Origin: Amoebophrya sp. A120
Lineage: Eukaryota; Protista; Dinoflagellata
NCBI GenBank assembly: GCA_905178155.1
Contig: CAJINV010000005.1
Location: 7,057,751-7,121,750 of the forward strand
Reading direction: 5' to 3'
DNA length: 64,000 nucleotides
The position numbers and the translations under genes were made by a program. Positions within the stretch are counted from its first letter, which is position 1; each line of letters starts with the position of its first letter. The notes beneath the pieces are model-generated. The model made no database searches. It saw nothing but the letters and a program-made list of their open reading frames with translations, and was not told the origin of the DNA. Positions 1-13,474 of the stretch are shown here, piece after piece.

Positions 1-865
1 CTGTAAACCACGAGGACACGATCTACTCGACGGTCGCCGGAGGATCACCGGCGAAGCTGTCGCCGATGCTGTACAGCAATTCGGGTCCGGCGGGGGGAAG
101 GTTGTCGTGAAGCTGACGATGCCATCGGCCAAAGATTTCAACTTCTCCGAGTTTAAGGTCCTCACTACTGCTACGGACTTACCACACGAACGATATACTT
201 CGCGCAGCCACTGTGAATTTCAATTTCGCATCAAAACACCACGAGAGAACTCAATGTCAAAGGAAATGAAGAGGCAGAACCGACGCAAAAAAAAACGACA
301 CTGAAAGTAACTGTTGGGGATATTGGTACAGGTTTCTCCAAGGAACCGTGACGTTCTGTTCAGGTTTTCGTACTGGGATGACGCCCTGAAGACCGTTGCA
401 GAAGCAAAACTGAACTGACTTCGTAACTGTACTTGTACGCACAGCTTTTGCTTTCTACATCATCGACAGAAAAAATGTTGAGAGCGACATGGGAAGAGAG
501 TTTCTGAGAGACAGATGGTTCTTCGCTAGTGCCAGTGCGGGACGAGAGAATTATCTTCTTCCTTCGAGGGGGTGGATGCGTGGCATCTTCTATTCGTTGA
601 CAATGTCATCTACTTGGGAAATAGATTGCACAATATCCGTGAAAAACCTTTCGGCGTGATCTCCTACGACATAAAGCGGCTCTTACCACTCTGGCACATA
701 TAATTTCGGCCGCAAGTACGTCTACGTGTAGATCAGATTTAACCATCAAAAGAATGAAATCGTGAAGGGTAGCTCAAGGTGGAGAGGAGCTACGTGTTTA
801 ATAAATAATATTATCCGACGTGGTAAAACTCAGACTATAGAAGCAACGGAACAAGCTACAAGAAA

Positions 866-3800
866 ATGATGGAAGAAGTTCTCACGGCAAAGCTCCACGC
901 CGACGTGCCGGGCGAGGTATGACAATGCACAACTCCTCCCTCCCCTCATTTGTATTGCATGGACAGCAATACAAACACTAGCGCGCGTGTATGTTGTGCA
1001 TGACAAGTTCCTGCGCCGACTGTAGTACTGGTTGGGCATCCAGAGTCTGTCATGCAATCAGTGCTGCAAGTCAGCAATTGGAATTGCGATTTTGCAAGAC
1101 AAATGATAATGAGAGGAAGTGGAAGTTGTGCACTCTCATACGAGGGAGCGACGCTGCACAAGCACTTGTGCGAGTTGGTGGGCGCGTGTGTGGACAAGTC
1201 CGACCCAAATGCCTTGGCGCTGCTGGAGTACAACTTGTGAACCTGTTCGCATTGTTTTTCATCTTGTTAAAATATGAAACATCACAGATGTGTTTCGGTT
1301 TGATCATGTCCTGTCCGCTACATGAGTTTTGTCCAAATTATACCAAAACTCCTAAATCCACAGGCAAGTCTCCATGGAGTTGAAGTACGGGCGATTTCGA
1401 CCCTCAAGCGGGCCGGAGGTCACAAAGCACGTCACACCAAACCCGGCGCTGGCAGCGAAGAAGAAAGGTATCTATATTGGTGAACATGAAAATCAAAATG
1501 AATCATCATTTATCAACGTTGCATTTCTGATGCAAAGTAAGAACCTGTTTCGTAACTACTACCACCAGCAGTTTTCTCATGCTCAACATGCATGCATCAT
1601 GATTTCACTGTCATACAAACCGAAATTCAGAAAACCGCGAAAAACTTTCAACTCTCGCTCCCCTCAGTGGCGCCATGGATTTCATGGCCCAGTCAAGTAG
1701 CATGAGATGGGCCGGTTTGGGCTTTAGCAAGCAGGAGTCATACCAAATTAGCCTCAGACTAGCGGAATTGGGCAGGAAAGCCGGTGTGGAGAGCGTCAGG
1801 TGATATAGAAGTGGGTTTGTGGAGATGTTTTTTGAATGTGTGATGTAGTTGCTAGACAAAGAAAATGGTTCTGTCATGCAAGCATTGGCGGCGAGCGCAA
1901 GAAAAACATTTAATATTCATGATTGCCACTCAGGTTCTGGGGTAAAATGTTGGGCACAGAGAAGGACTACATTGTCTATGAAGCAAAAATCGCCGGCGAA
2001 GGCCACTCAACAGACAGCTACGAGGGCCGAGGGACCGGGGCGAACAAATTTACCTACTTCGTACAGAAGGAGTTTTTTTCTTGCAACTTCTTGTGCTGTT
2101 TCCTGCATTTGTATGTTCATGTTGACAAGCAGATCATGCAAGGTAGAATTTTAATTTCAAGCAAGAGGGTGATACTTCACATGACAAAGTTTAAATCAGG
2201 TCCAAAACGAGCCCATGGGCGACCTCACGCAGCTCCCAGACGTTATCAAATGTAAAAATGTCTGGGTCCGGAAGGATCCAAACTTGTCATGCTGTCTTTG
2301 GATTCTAAAAAAATCTGTATCGCATGACCAGCAAGAGGAGCCCAGATTGTGCTACGTGCAGAGGGCATTTGTCATGCGGAAGAGGCATCAGGAAGCCTTT
2401 CAAAAATCTGCCATGCTAAGTCATGCACTACAGGCATGATGGGTCATGCAAAATATGCATGACAAACCAGGAAATCTTCCAGACCCAGACATTTTTACAT
2501 TTGATACACGTTACCACCGCACAAATCCAGAAGTCAAGATCAATCCAGAAATACCTCTCCGGGGATTTGAACAAGGAGATCATCGCGTGCCCGGTATAAT
2601 TTTTCTACACGTGGAAGGTAGTGGTTGGAGATATTGATGAGCTAGATTTCTCATGCATTTTTTCCAATGGTGTTTGATCCTGTCATGCATTTTTCAGCAA
2701 GACAAAAGAACACCCACAATCAAAACCCAGTGGTTCGGCGGCAAGGAAATCTCCCTCCTGCGAGCGCAAATCGCACGAATCGGCCACTCCTGCACACTCC
2801 ACGTAAACGGGTATTACGTATCAAATGCAAAAGCATCGTACTCGTAGTAATCGCAGATACGCATGACAAATCGGATTCCAAAGGTAAATCAGCATGACAA
2901 ATTCCATTTTACATTCTGCGGAAATTTGTCATGCGATTGATACTAGTACGATGATTTTGCAATGCATACCACGCTATGGACGACGAATCAGGAAAGATGG
3001 TGCAGGCGGAAGACTTTGCCTTCCCCTCAGTAGAGGAGTTAGGGAGCCAGGGAACCTGGGTGCACAGCTCGGACTACATACTGAAGAACGGTATAACGTT
3101 ATTTTTGAGGAAACTCCTCGCACTTCTACGTACTTGCTGTGCGACCTGCATGACAACCATGATTCAAATTGCAGTCTCCGCAAGACAAAGTATATCAAAG
3201 CAACAATATTCTCACAGGTAAAACCGCCTACCCATCCGCCGAGGAACAGGAGGCGATGGAAGAGGACGTAAAAGCAGCATTGGGTACGACAATGAAAAAG
3301 AAAAGTTTAAGTTTGTCATGCTAATGCCGGGCATCACAGTCTCGTCTGAAATGCAGCGGTTTGCATGACAAACAATTAGCTTTTTCAACCTCATAACGAA
3401 CGCGGAAATGGAAGAGTGCCCAGTGATTCCGCTGCTGACGCCAATCCAGGGTGATTTAGAGCAGGACGACGAAGGAAACTCCCTGGCCTGGAGCATCAAG
3501 CAAGTTGGGGACAAATCAACGTAATAATTAAAGTCTCTCTTTCTGTTTCTACTTTTTGGAAAAATTATTTGTGATGCAGAAAGTGAAATAGCAGCACTAC
3601 TACCACTAGGTGCGATTTCGGGTCAATTTCGTGATCATAGAAGAGGATTTGCCAACATGCGTGTCATGAAAGTAGGCTGAGTCCTGTCATGCAGAAATTC
3701 CTTCGAAAACCTCTAATCAGGTACTCCTTCAACGACGTCACAAGGCAATACACGGTAACAATTGTCCAGTCCAAGAGATGGCCCGGTGCGTTTACCGTCG

Positions 3801-4347
3801 CGCAGGGATCCAGCGTCTACAACGTCTATGTATTGGATTGCTAGCCTTTTGTCATGCGGTCTCCGGTTGATGGAGGAATGATCGCAGCTTTTCCAGTTGA
3901 GATTATTTGTCATGCATTCTAGAAACGCACTATCGTTACGCAGCTATCGGAAGATGATTCGGTCATGCCTACACTGCCAAATTATCCATATCATCAGATC
4001 GGCTATGGTGTGAAGAAGGAAACCGCCCTGCCGATCCTAGTCCCCTTCTATCCTGTGCAAAAGTATCGTACTCGTGCTGCAGTCATGCATTACAAATCTC
4101 TTTCTATAAAGTGAATCCGCATTACAAATTTTTATTTTATCTCTCATGCTGAGAAATACAAATATATTTGTATATGCATTTATACGAGTACGATACTTGT
4201 TTTGCAGTTCATACCTTCGCCGGCGCTACCATGCTCGGGTTGCCGCCAGTCATGACGGAGCCGGAGGATCAGACCGAGAACCCAGAACCCAATCCGGAAG
4301 AGGAGGAGGCGCCGTCTGATGGCGGGGACGAGGATCCACCGCAGTAG
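866..4347 (+). CDS. Radial spoke head protein RSP4/6 (RSPH4A/6A)-like, multi-exon
   Basis: Spliced exons give family motifs: LHKHLCELV..DPNALALLE, WAGLGFSKQESYQI, RFWGKMLGTEKDY, GTGANKFTYFV, LPDVTTAQIQKSRSI, EISLLRAQIARIGH, NVYIGYGVK. ATG 866, TAG 4347. Both GT-AG introns (e.g. 1228-1363) and TIR introners. Confidence 0.9.
918..1140. mobile_element. Introner family C
   Basis: TIR tatgacaatgcacaact/agttgtgcactctcata; TSD cgagg; intron 917-1144 is GT-AG. Confidence 0.9.
2244..2506. mobile_element. Introner family A
   Basis: TIR tatcaaatgtaaaaatgtctgggtc; TSD gacgt/cacgt. Confidence 0.9.
2819..2968. mobile_element. Introner family B
   Basis: tgcaaaagcatcgtact TIR; TSD ttacg/ccacg; restores GYYAMDD. 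Confidence 0.85.
4049..4213. mobile_element. Introner family B (reverse orientation)
   Basis: tatcctgtgcaaaag...ttttgcagttcata; TSD ccttc. Confidence 0.9.
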
Positions 4348-7300
4348 GGACGGAAATGACGCTGTTGATGATGTGCGGCTAGAAGTTTGATATGTAGTCG
4401 AAAATCAGAGATAAAATAAATCCAGACCCTCTGAAATTAGGACAAAATAAAACCAAAACCAGTACAGCAGATCATGAGTACAAAGATGAACCAGAGAACC
4501 AATATAGAATACCAATTGCCATTTATGTTATTGAAATTTGCAGACAAGATGAAACCTCGAATAAACCAAAACGAGATTGCTAGCAGAAACCGACAGAAGC
4601 TTTAGCAACAGTGTTGAAGTTGCGATCAGATACTAGATGAACTTCGATTGTACCTGTACTTACTCAAGGCTATGCTCCTCCTATATTGCGAAAACATCAA
4701 TGCTTAAACAGATAGATTGAAACCTAGATCGAAGCGTGGTACCGAGTGCGATTTTTCGGTGCCAGATTTTCACCAGAGGCCGCGGGAAAGGATGCTACAG
4801 TTGTGTGTGTTTCCGTGCAGTTTGTTCGGTCGCACAGCTAGATATACTACTGCAGGAGACTCTCGCTCCTAAGGATGAATATTAAAAGTAACTGAAATAA
4901 AAGAACCCGCTGGACAAAACAGAAAGCAGAACAACGACGTGCGATAATGAGAGCAGCTGTAACCAGACACACAGGACCAGAGGCTGCTTATTTTTGTATT
5001 TGATATGCCGGAATCAGGACTTTCGGTTACGACCTCTGCGCGGTCCAAGAGATTCGTGTTCATCTTCCAGCAAAGCTTCACAGCGATCCCGCTGCCTCGC
5101 CCGTCGTGGTGGAGCTTTTGACCGATATACTCAAGCTCTCAATGCTGTTCGCTCTGTGTTTGTTCAAGATGCGGGCGCATATTTGTTGAGTGATGTTGGG
5201 AGCGATCTTTTTTGCGGCACGACAGCTGCGCCTCCGCTTTGAGAGTGGCTGAGCGAACGCAATTGCTCCAATTGAACGTGGTCAGAGACATGAGACTCTG
5301 TGAGTGGTACGTCAGGCGGTTTCTGTGCGCGTGTGGCCTTTCAGCCGACATGCGAAGCCGAATAATTTGTTCGGTTGAAAAATATCACGTGAGGCGAGCG
5401 CGGTTAAAGTCCGGAGCGAGGAGGGTACCCCGTCAAGGGTTACGCCCGCGCGTTTGGCTGGCTTTTTCATCTGGAGGCCACTTCTATTGCAATGTGAGTG
5501 GTGCGTTCTTGTAACTAGAAGCCGCGCGTTTCCGACGGAGCATCGTTGGTGGGTATGGTTACGTACGCAGGCGACAAAGGTTGCGCCGGATTGCTTTTGC
5601 CAGAACCAGCTTGGCGAGCGACAGCAGGCCCGGCAGCAGTGTTGCCACCGTTTCGGCTTAGCCACGACCGCTGGCAGGCCGGGCCCGGAAGGCGATTGGG
5701 GGTGGCGCACGACATCGGCGCGCGCCGGGAACGAGCACCAAGCAAGAGGCAGCGACATGCTGTCTGCCCGGGCGGAGGCGAGCGCGGGCGCGCATGACCA
5801 TGACGAGGCGCGTCTCGCTATCCAGAAGAAAGAAGGCGCCGCGCTCCGCCAGTTTATTGCTGCGGGCTGCCCCGTCCGCCCCTATCTGCCTGCCGCCCCT
5901 GGGTGCTTTTGGCGGCCAGGCCTTTTGTTGCGCAGGCGGCTGCAAGTCGGCCCGCCCTGCGGTTCGGCCATGGTGCCGGCCGCCTCCGGCCGGCGTCCGT
6001 CGCAGGGCGCGCCCCCTTTCCTGGTTGGATTGCTGCGGTGTTGCCGTGCGGATGCTTGCAGCACGCAGCGCAGCCACCACCCATTGTGGGGCGACCGTGT
6101 ATTCATGGCCCTGCGCATGCCGGCGGGTGTTTGTGTTTCGTTCGCGAATCGGCTGGGCGCGCCGGCCGGCTCGAGCCTTCGTTCCCCGCACGCGCGCCTG
6201 CGCGCGGCGCTTGGCCTTGAACGTAGTGCCGAGCGGCCTATCTGTGTTGCCAAGCGCAGCAGCATGCCGGCCTTTTCATGTGCCGGCCTGTGGTGCTTGT
6301 CTATGTGTCCCCGGGCGCAAGGGCGGGCGGGGCTGTTGTACGGGTTTGGGAGGGACGCTGTCATAGGTATGGGCCCGAAATAGATTGAGGGTTGCTTGCG
6401 GAGTGCGGCACGCACGCACGCATGTATCTTGTGTTCCGCATTTCTTTGTCAAATCACGTGCAGTTGGGTACGAGTGATCATGAGCTGATCGACTCTAATA
6501 ATTGTTCACTGATGTTGTGTATCTGGAAGATTTACTTCCCGTGTGTGAAAGAAAGTGAAAGAGCAGACGAGTAGAAGAGCGAGTTTTATAAATATATTAA
6601 TAGAGGGATGTAGTTGTGCGTTTCTGCTTCCAGGCTTCATGATGTTTGATGTAGAGTGCGTGTTCTTTCGACGCATCTTTTGGCTGAAATGTTGATCCAC
6701 CCGAAAAAAAACAAGAATGCCACTGTAGGCGCCCACGGCAGAAGCAGAACTGGGCAAGTCATTCAGCCACCCGCACCATGGGGCTGGGATTCCGGCGTCG
6801 GCAGCCTGCTTGGGTCATGAGAGTGAAAAGATGGCGCCGCGCGCGCTTTTTTCTTTCATTGCAGCAGCGAGCTGCATTCAAGGAAGAGGCCGCGCGCGGC
6901 CCACATGTTCTCTCGCTTTCGTCTGCGGGAGATAGCCTCTCCCAGCAGGGGGGCGGCGGGATCCATGTCCTGGCTGAAGGAGAAATTTCCAGAAGCGTGG
7001 ACGCCGCCGCGAGCCGAAGCGATGCCTTGGCCGGCGCGCGCGCTGGCCCCCTCTGGCTTCTTTGGCCGGGCCGCCCGCCCGCGCCTCTTCGCTGATAGAT
7101 TGCAAGGGCCCCCGTGCCGGCCGGTGCTCGCAGTCTGCCGGCAGGGGAGGTCGGGGTGGGAAGTATTGCATGGCCCGGCCCCCTTGGTTCGGTAGCAGGC
7201 CCGTCGCGCCGCGCCCGCCGCGCGCAAAGGCACGGCCCCCCCCCGTTCCTGGTTTGTTGCCGGGGGTGTGGTTTTTATGCCGCCCGACATCTCCTTGGCT

Positions 7301-7812
7301 TCCCGCACGCTGTTGTCGGAAGTGTGCCCATGGGACTTCGTCACCAAGTAAACGAGTGTGAGTGTCTGTGGGGTGCTCGCGCGGCCACGACAGGAGCAAC
7401 CAGCGATGGCGCAGTGAGTGTGGTTTTGCAAATGCACTCATGCCAAATGTTGAGCAGACCTGCCCGCAGAGTGCGATGGCCATATAATTACATTCCTCAC
7501 GGGATTCGGACTTAGCGTGCCGCGCTTTCTTGTCAGGCCGCTATCCGGCCGAAATGACGCATAGCATCGTCGATTTGGCTGTTTCTTGTTCGCGGCTGTC
7601 TGTGCTGTTCATGATACGAGAGAGACACACACACAGAGGACGCCCGAGGAATTTGTGTTTCAGCCGGATTTTTCACATCGCTGGAAAAAACGAGGCTGTA
7701 CACGGCACAGGTACAAGGAGATCATGATCAACAGCAATCTTGTCCACGTTCACTTTAATCTTTTCCCGGTTTCATAAAGTTTCTAGGTGCGTCCTCCGGC
7801 TCGCAAAGCAAG

Positions 7813-10800
7813 ATGGAATCGGAAGACCACGTGTTCGATCCAGCAGCAGGTCCTGACACCACTGCGAGTCCACGTGCCACGACCAGCACCGAGGAAAGAA
7901 TCTCTACCATCATCAAAACCTGGAACCTAGACCCCTGCTGGGAATACAGCATCCGCAAGACCAGAGCCGACGTTGATGAAAAGGAGATCAAATTCCAGGG
8001 TTGCCGGCGATTCGTCGCGGCCGTGAACAATACGATTTCTTCTAAAAATGCAACACGGAAAACAAGCAGCTCCTCCTTCACAAGTGCAGGTGCAGGAACA
8101 AACTCGGTCTCCGCCGATTTATTCGGGGTCCGCCCCGCATCATCGAATGGAAATGCAAATGCTCCTCCACCAGCACGCGCCTCTGCGACTGCAGAGCTGC
8201 AATCCGAAATCCGCAGGATGTCGGCGAGGAAGTACAGCAAGCCCTGTTTACAGCAATTGCTGGACGAGGAGAAGATCAAAAGTTTGCAAAAACAGGTTTT
8301 GGAAGTAGAGGAGTTGGAAAGGGAAAAGGAGTTGAAAGACCAAGAAGCGGCGAAAATGTCCGGGAACAAGAAGAATAACAGAACTTACAATGCTATCAAA
8401 TGCAAAAATGTCTGGGTCTGGAATGTTGCCGGGTTTGTCATGCATATTCTGCATGACCCAGGACGTCTGTAATGCACGACCTAGCATCACAAAATTTTTG
8501 CTGGCTTCATGATGCCTACTCCGCATGACCAATGCCCTCCCCGCGTAGTACAAACTAGACTCCTCCTGCTGGTCATGCAATACAGATTTTTTTAGAGTCC
8601 AAGCAAAGTAAGCATCACAAGTTCCAACCTTCCAGGCAGACCCAGACATTTTTACATTAGATAAATGCAGGCCAAGGAGATAATGATCTCATCGACATCT
8701 ACACAGCTTTCTTCCATTTCCAGGTTCCAAACGATTTCAAAAAACCAATCCCCGAAAAGGTGATCAAGGTGCACTTCTACGTGAATAAAGTGGATGAACA
8801 ACAAGTAGAGGACGACGCAAGAATTATCTCTGCACCACAACAGGATCGGGTGTCAGCAGGGACTGTTTCATCTGAAGGAACTTCCGCACCAGCAGCAGAA
8901 ACTGCGGAAAAATCTCCTGTGTCAGACAGTACTATCACCTTCTCTTTCGAACAGGACCAAACGGTGTTGAAAGCGGTCAGGCCGAGTTCCGCGCGGTTTG
9001 TGAAAAACCGGATTCAGCTCGCTCTACAAGAACGGGATCAGATCGTCGAGCGGGCTTTCACGGCGGTCGGGGGGAAAAGGAGGATGATAAATGCGAAGGC
9101 TTTTCCGGCTTTTGGAGTGAAGAAAGACGCTGTTTTAACCACGAAATTTGAGGAATCGCGAACGAGGGAGGCTTTGACGTTGAAACAGCAGAATGGTGAA
9201 AGAGGAAAACTGCTGTCTGCCGCAGTCGACGGAACGTTGGCAGCGAGTTCAGGGACCGGTCGTGCAGTAGCAGGAGCGGCCCCCACTCTGTTGACAAGCG
9301 CAGGCGAAGATGAGGACAACTCGCATTGTTCCGCGAAACAAGGAGATAATTTGAAAGACGACCACAGCGGCAAGAACAAGCCACGTACTACTTCTTCCGC
9401 TTCCTCGCCGGGTGGCAATAAATCCACGACCATCAAATCGTCCAGCCGCAAAAACAATCTCCAGTACATCCTCCAAAAAACCTTCGACGCGGCGGATGAG
9501 GAATCTTCAGGTTTGCTTCCGTATGCAGTGCAAAAGCATCGCACTCGTATAAATGCATACGCATAGACAAATTTTCTCAGCATGGCGAGAAAGAAAATCT
9601 GTAATGCTGATTTACCTTAGGGAAAAGATTTGTATATGCATGATTGCAGTACGAGTGCGATGCAACTTTTGTACAGGATAATCTGTTCACCGAGGTGTTT
9701 CAACTGTTGAACGCAAGATTGCTGGAGGAACAAGACAAAGGTGACGCTGGTTATGGTTTGTCTTCTTCGCATGACAAAAAGCATCATCATCATCCCGAAG
9801 TAGACCATTCCATATCCGAGTTCGACCTGCGAACCATGGTGGCGTTCACCCCAGTGGAGGATTTTGAAAACGTGGAAGGCTTGATTTCCTACCAGAAGTT
9901 CTTGAAAGCCTTGGAAGTGAAATTTCTGGCGGAGGTTGAAGCGTCGAGGCGGAGGGGCGCCAGCGCGGGAGATGATGGCCCGCGTGGAAGCGGGATGAAT
10001 GCGCCAGCAGTGGTGCCGGGTGCTGTGGCAGACGCAGAGGTACACAAGTCATCAAATCTAGCTTTTCATCGTACCCCCCATGTTTGTTCTCGCAAGCAAG
10101 TGTGATGAATGCGTGTTTACATGTAGTCGTGGTGCTGATGTAGCCAGAATGACAACGACAACCACAACTGACATGAATGATGCAGGTGGTGCCACACCCA
10201 CATCAACAAGCGGTAGAACAAGCATCTGCAACTGGAACCGCAGCTGACCAGCCCGATGAAATAAATGCAGTATCCTCAATGTACGACAACACCCTGGAAA
10301 CCCTTCTCCAACTCTACGAAAACGAGCTCTCCGACACGGCCAAATCTCTTCACTCCATCCGCGAGCAATTTCTCTCCAAACAGAAAACCAACACGAGGAA
10401 CCAAGTGAAAAAATGGTTGGTGAAATCAAAGAGGTTCACGAAAAACGAGATTTTGCTCACGATGACGAAGCTGGAAGCGATGAAAATTCCCTACAACGAG
10501 GATATAATCCGGCACTATTTGGAAATCCGGGCGTTGGCGGTGAATGCGTTTAACAAGAAAAATGCTCTGGGAGTAGGTGCTACTAGCGGCGCAGGACGAG
10601 CTTCGGCGAGGGAGGCGACGGAGGGGAGGTTGCTGCAACTGGGAAATGTGGTGATTGAGGTATAATGGTTTTGGCAACTCCCTATGAATGACTTCCATAC
10701 AACTTGCGCATGCGTCGACTGATGCACTACACGTTGATGCAGCTCTTGCTCTGCACATCACGATGACGAAAACAAAATCCAAATTTGCTATAAAATGGAT

Positions 10801-13474
10801 TCTACTACAACTCTATATCAGGTCTGTGACGCGTACCACAGAAAAACGAGTGGTCAGCAGAAGCAAGATGATAGCTCCCCAAGTTCAGCCGCCCCGTGGG
10901 GCAAGTTTCAACATGGACAGCATTCAGTGGGCGGTGCAACAGGCGGTAGTACTACACAAAATACAGGCATGCCCTTTGGGTTCGCAACCGTAGTAGCGGC
11001 GGCCGCTACACATCAGAAACAAGACCAGCAGAACAATGCGAACAAACAGGAACCACAACTTGCTTTTGACTCCCTGCTTCGTAGCAATTTGCTGCAGGTT
11101 GAGTACGAATACGGAGCGGTTAGTAGTGCCGAACATAATTCCGGTGACGAGAGCCCTACTAGCCCGCAAAACGAAAACAAGAACCACTACAACGAGCATC
11201 ATCTCAAAATCCGCAAAATTCTCGTGCCGGTTTGGTTGTTGAAAGAGGTTCTGACCACCCAGGAGATCTACCTGTTCTCGAAAACGCAGATCCACACGAT
11301 ACTCTGCTTGCTGCCGATTGCAAGCGAACTTCCTTCGCAAGAACAGCAGAGTAAGTTGCGTACAAGCAGCACAACCGGAAGCGGAAGTTCGACGCTCGGA
11401 TACGCGGATATTTTGCAATTTCTCTTCCTCACCGAGATTTGCGCAGAAGAATTCTTCACTTTGAACAGCCAAGGACAGCTGCAGTTTTCCACTTCGAATG
11501 GTAACAAGCGGTTTGCGATGCACAACGACAGTCAACAGAGTGGTCCCAACAAGGCGGTATCGATCAACGCGCCGTTGATTAGGTCCACAGCGGTGGGGAA
11601 CGCGATGGCGAACGGAGAGGGTGCGACGTCGAATAACGGCGCAAATGGAGGGATGACGTCGAGTGGTAATGCCGCGATCATGAGTCAACCAGTCGTGCAG
11701 AACGTCCAATTAACCGAGCAGAAGCAGCAACAGGAGATTCTGGAACGGGACATCTTGCAATTGAACTTCAACAAGAAATTTATCGACATTGAAACCTTGC
11801 TGCAACTTCGGGAACAGTTGGAAGCCTGTTTTATTTCGATGGGAACCACCAGCGATGGTGGTGGTACGTCAACTACCGCCGGGCTCATCTCGCAAGAAAA
11901 GCAGAAACTGTTAGCCAAAGCGGAGGTGCGGGGCTTCATCGCACAGGCGCCGTTTTACAGTGTGCTGTCGGAAGAACAGAGCGGGGCCGCGGGGATTTCT
12001 AATACAGTTGTACCGCAAGATATCCAGGAAAAAAAGTGTGTAAAAAGTGTAACTTTGTAGGAAGAGCAGCTTTGTTGCTGCATCACAAATTATCTTTGCA
12101 TTACAGAAAAAACCTGTCATGCGCAGCTAGTATGTGAAAACACGTATGAAACACGGCTATGAAGATGCACTTCCAGCATGACAAGTGTATACTGTTTTGC
12201 AGTTTCTGCATCACAGATTGACACTTACACAGTTTTTCTCTTGCATACAAGATCAGAAGGACATGGAGATTCTCTGGGCCGATTTTGTCAAAGAGGAGTT
12301 GCAACGGTTGTGGGAGTTTCGACAAAGTTCCTGCTTCGCAGAATACGAATTTGTGGCGCAGATGGCAACATCCTCGGGTGTGTTGCTGAACGTGGATACA
12401 AGTGGCAGCGATGACGTTGACGAACAAAGCAACTGCTTGTGGAAGAGGATACAGGAGAAGATAAACGCCCCTTCGTCATCGACGTCTTCTAGCCCACTAA
12501 GCTACACAGATTTCGTCTCCCAAAGCCTCTTCCACAGCAAGAACATCTTCAAGGGCGGTAGCAAAATCGGGGAAGGAGCTGCGGGACAGGAACACGACGG
12601 TGAACAAGGAACAAAAATCACACAACGATATCAGGAGAACAAACTCGCCGATCTTTACAACACGTTTCTCGCCTTGGCGCCGTCTTTGGCGAAAACAAAT
12701 CCAAGAGGAGGTGAGGACGATCATTACGCCTCGTCGCCGGAGCACGGTGGAATAGCAGATCCATTTGCGCTATCAAATGCAAAAACGTCTGGGTCTGGAA
12801 GAATGCAACTTGTGATGCTGCGTTTGGATGTCTAAAAAATTTGTGTTGCATGAGCAGCAAAAGGATTCTAATTTTTGCTACGCGGAGAGGGTTTTTGTCA
12901 TGCAGAATAGGCATCAAGAATCCCTCATAAAACCTGTGATGCTAGGGCATGCATCACAGACATCATGTCTCATGCAAACCGTGCATGATAAGGCTCAGAA
13001 TCTTCCAGACCCAGACACCTTTGCATTTGATATGCGCAGCGGTTTCTCAACAAGAACGGCTCTACTGCGCTGAGTCAGAGCGAGTTCATGCAGAACGGCA
13101 TGACAAACCCCAATGCTGGAACTACGAGAAGGATGTCGATTGGCGCGGGCCAGCGGCGAGGCAGTCTGCTAGGTGGGAAAAACAACAACAATTTGACGCA
13201 GGACCATGACGATCTCCTGTTAGACGCAGCTTCTACTTCCGGTACCGCAACAAACACAACCGCGACTGGTGGGCAACGGCGGGGGTCTATGGGAATGTTG
13301 GACCAGGGAAGAAGGGTGAGCGTTGGCGGGGTGAATAATTCCCTGTCGTTGATGCAGGGTGGAGGTGGAGCTGCTGGTGGGCAGCACGGGCAGCAGCAGT
13401 TTCAGAATGGAGGTGGTCGAAGACAGTCGGCCGGTTTGATTTCGACGGCCAGGAGAGGGTCAATGCACTCGTGA
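7813..13474 (+). CDS. Large EF-hand-containing protein of unknown function, multi-exon
   Basis: ORFs 7813, 8760, 9644, 10177, 10795, 12185 and 13088 are separated by introners/introns. Splicing rebuilds an EF-like loop FDAADEESSGLLPFTEV; also EGLISYQKFL. Confidence 0.65.
8394..8663. mobile_element. Introner family A
   Basis: TIR; TSD aatgc. Confidence 0.9.
9522..9680. mobile_element. Introner family B
   Basis: TIR; TSD ttccg/atctg. Confidence 0.85.
12021..12247. mobile_element. Introner family D
   Basis: tatccaggaaaaaaagtgtg...acacagtttttctcttgcata; TSD caaga. Confidence 0.9.
12771..13032. mobile_element. Introner family A
   Basis: TIR; TSD tgcgc. Confidence 0.9.

Noticed and set aside
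1-110. Possible last exon of an upstream + strand gene (..SGPAGGRLS*)
   Set aside because: Too short and without recognisable homology
5454-6383. 309-aa ORF (and 14077-15000, 307 aa) as a transposase or gene
   Set aside because: GC-driven ORFs are open in several frames, with R/A/P/G-biased composition and no DDE, RT or recombinase motifs
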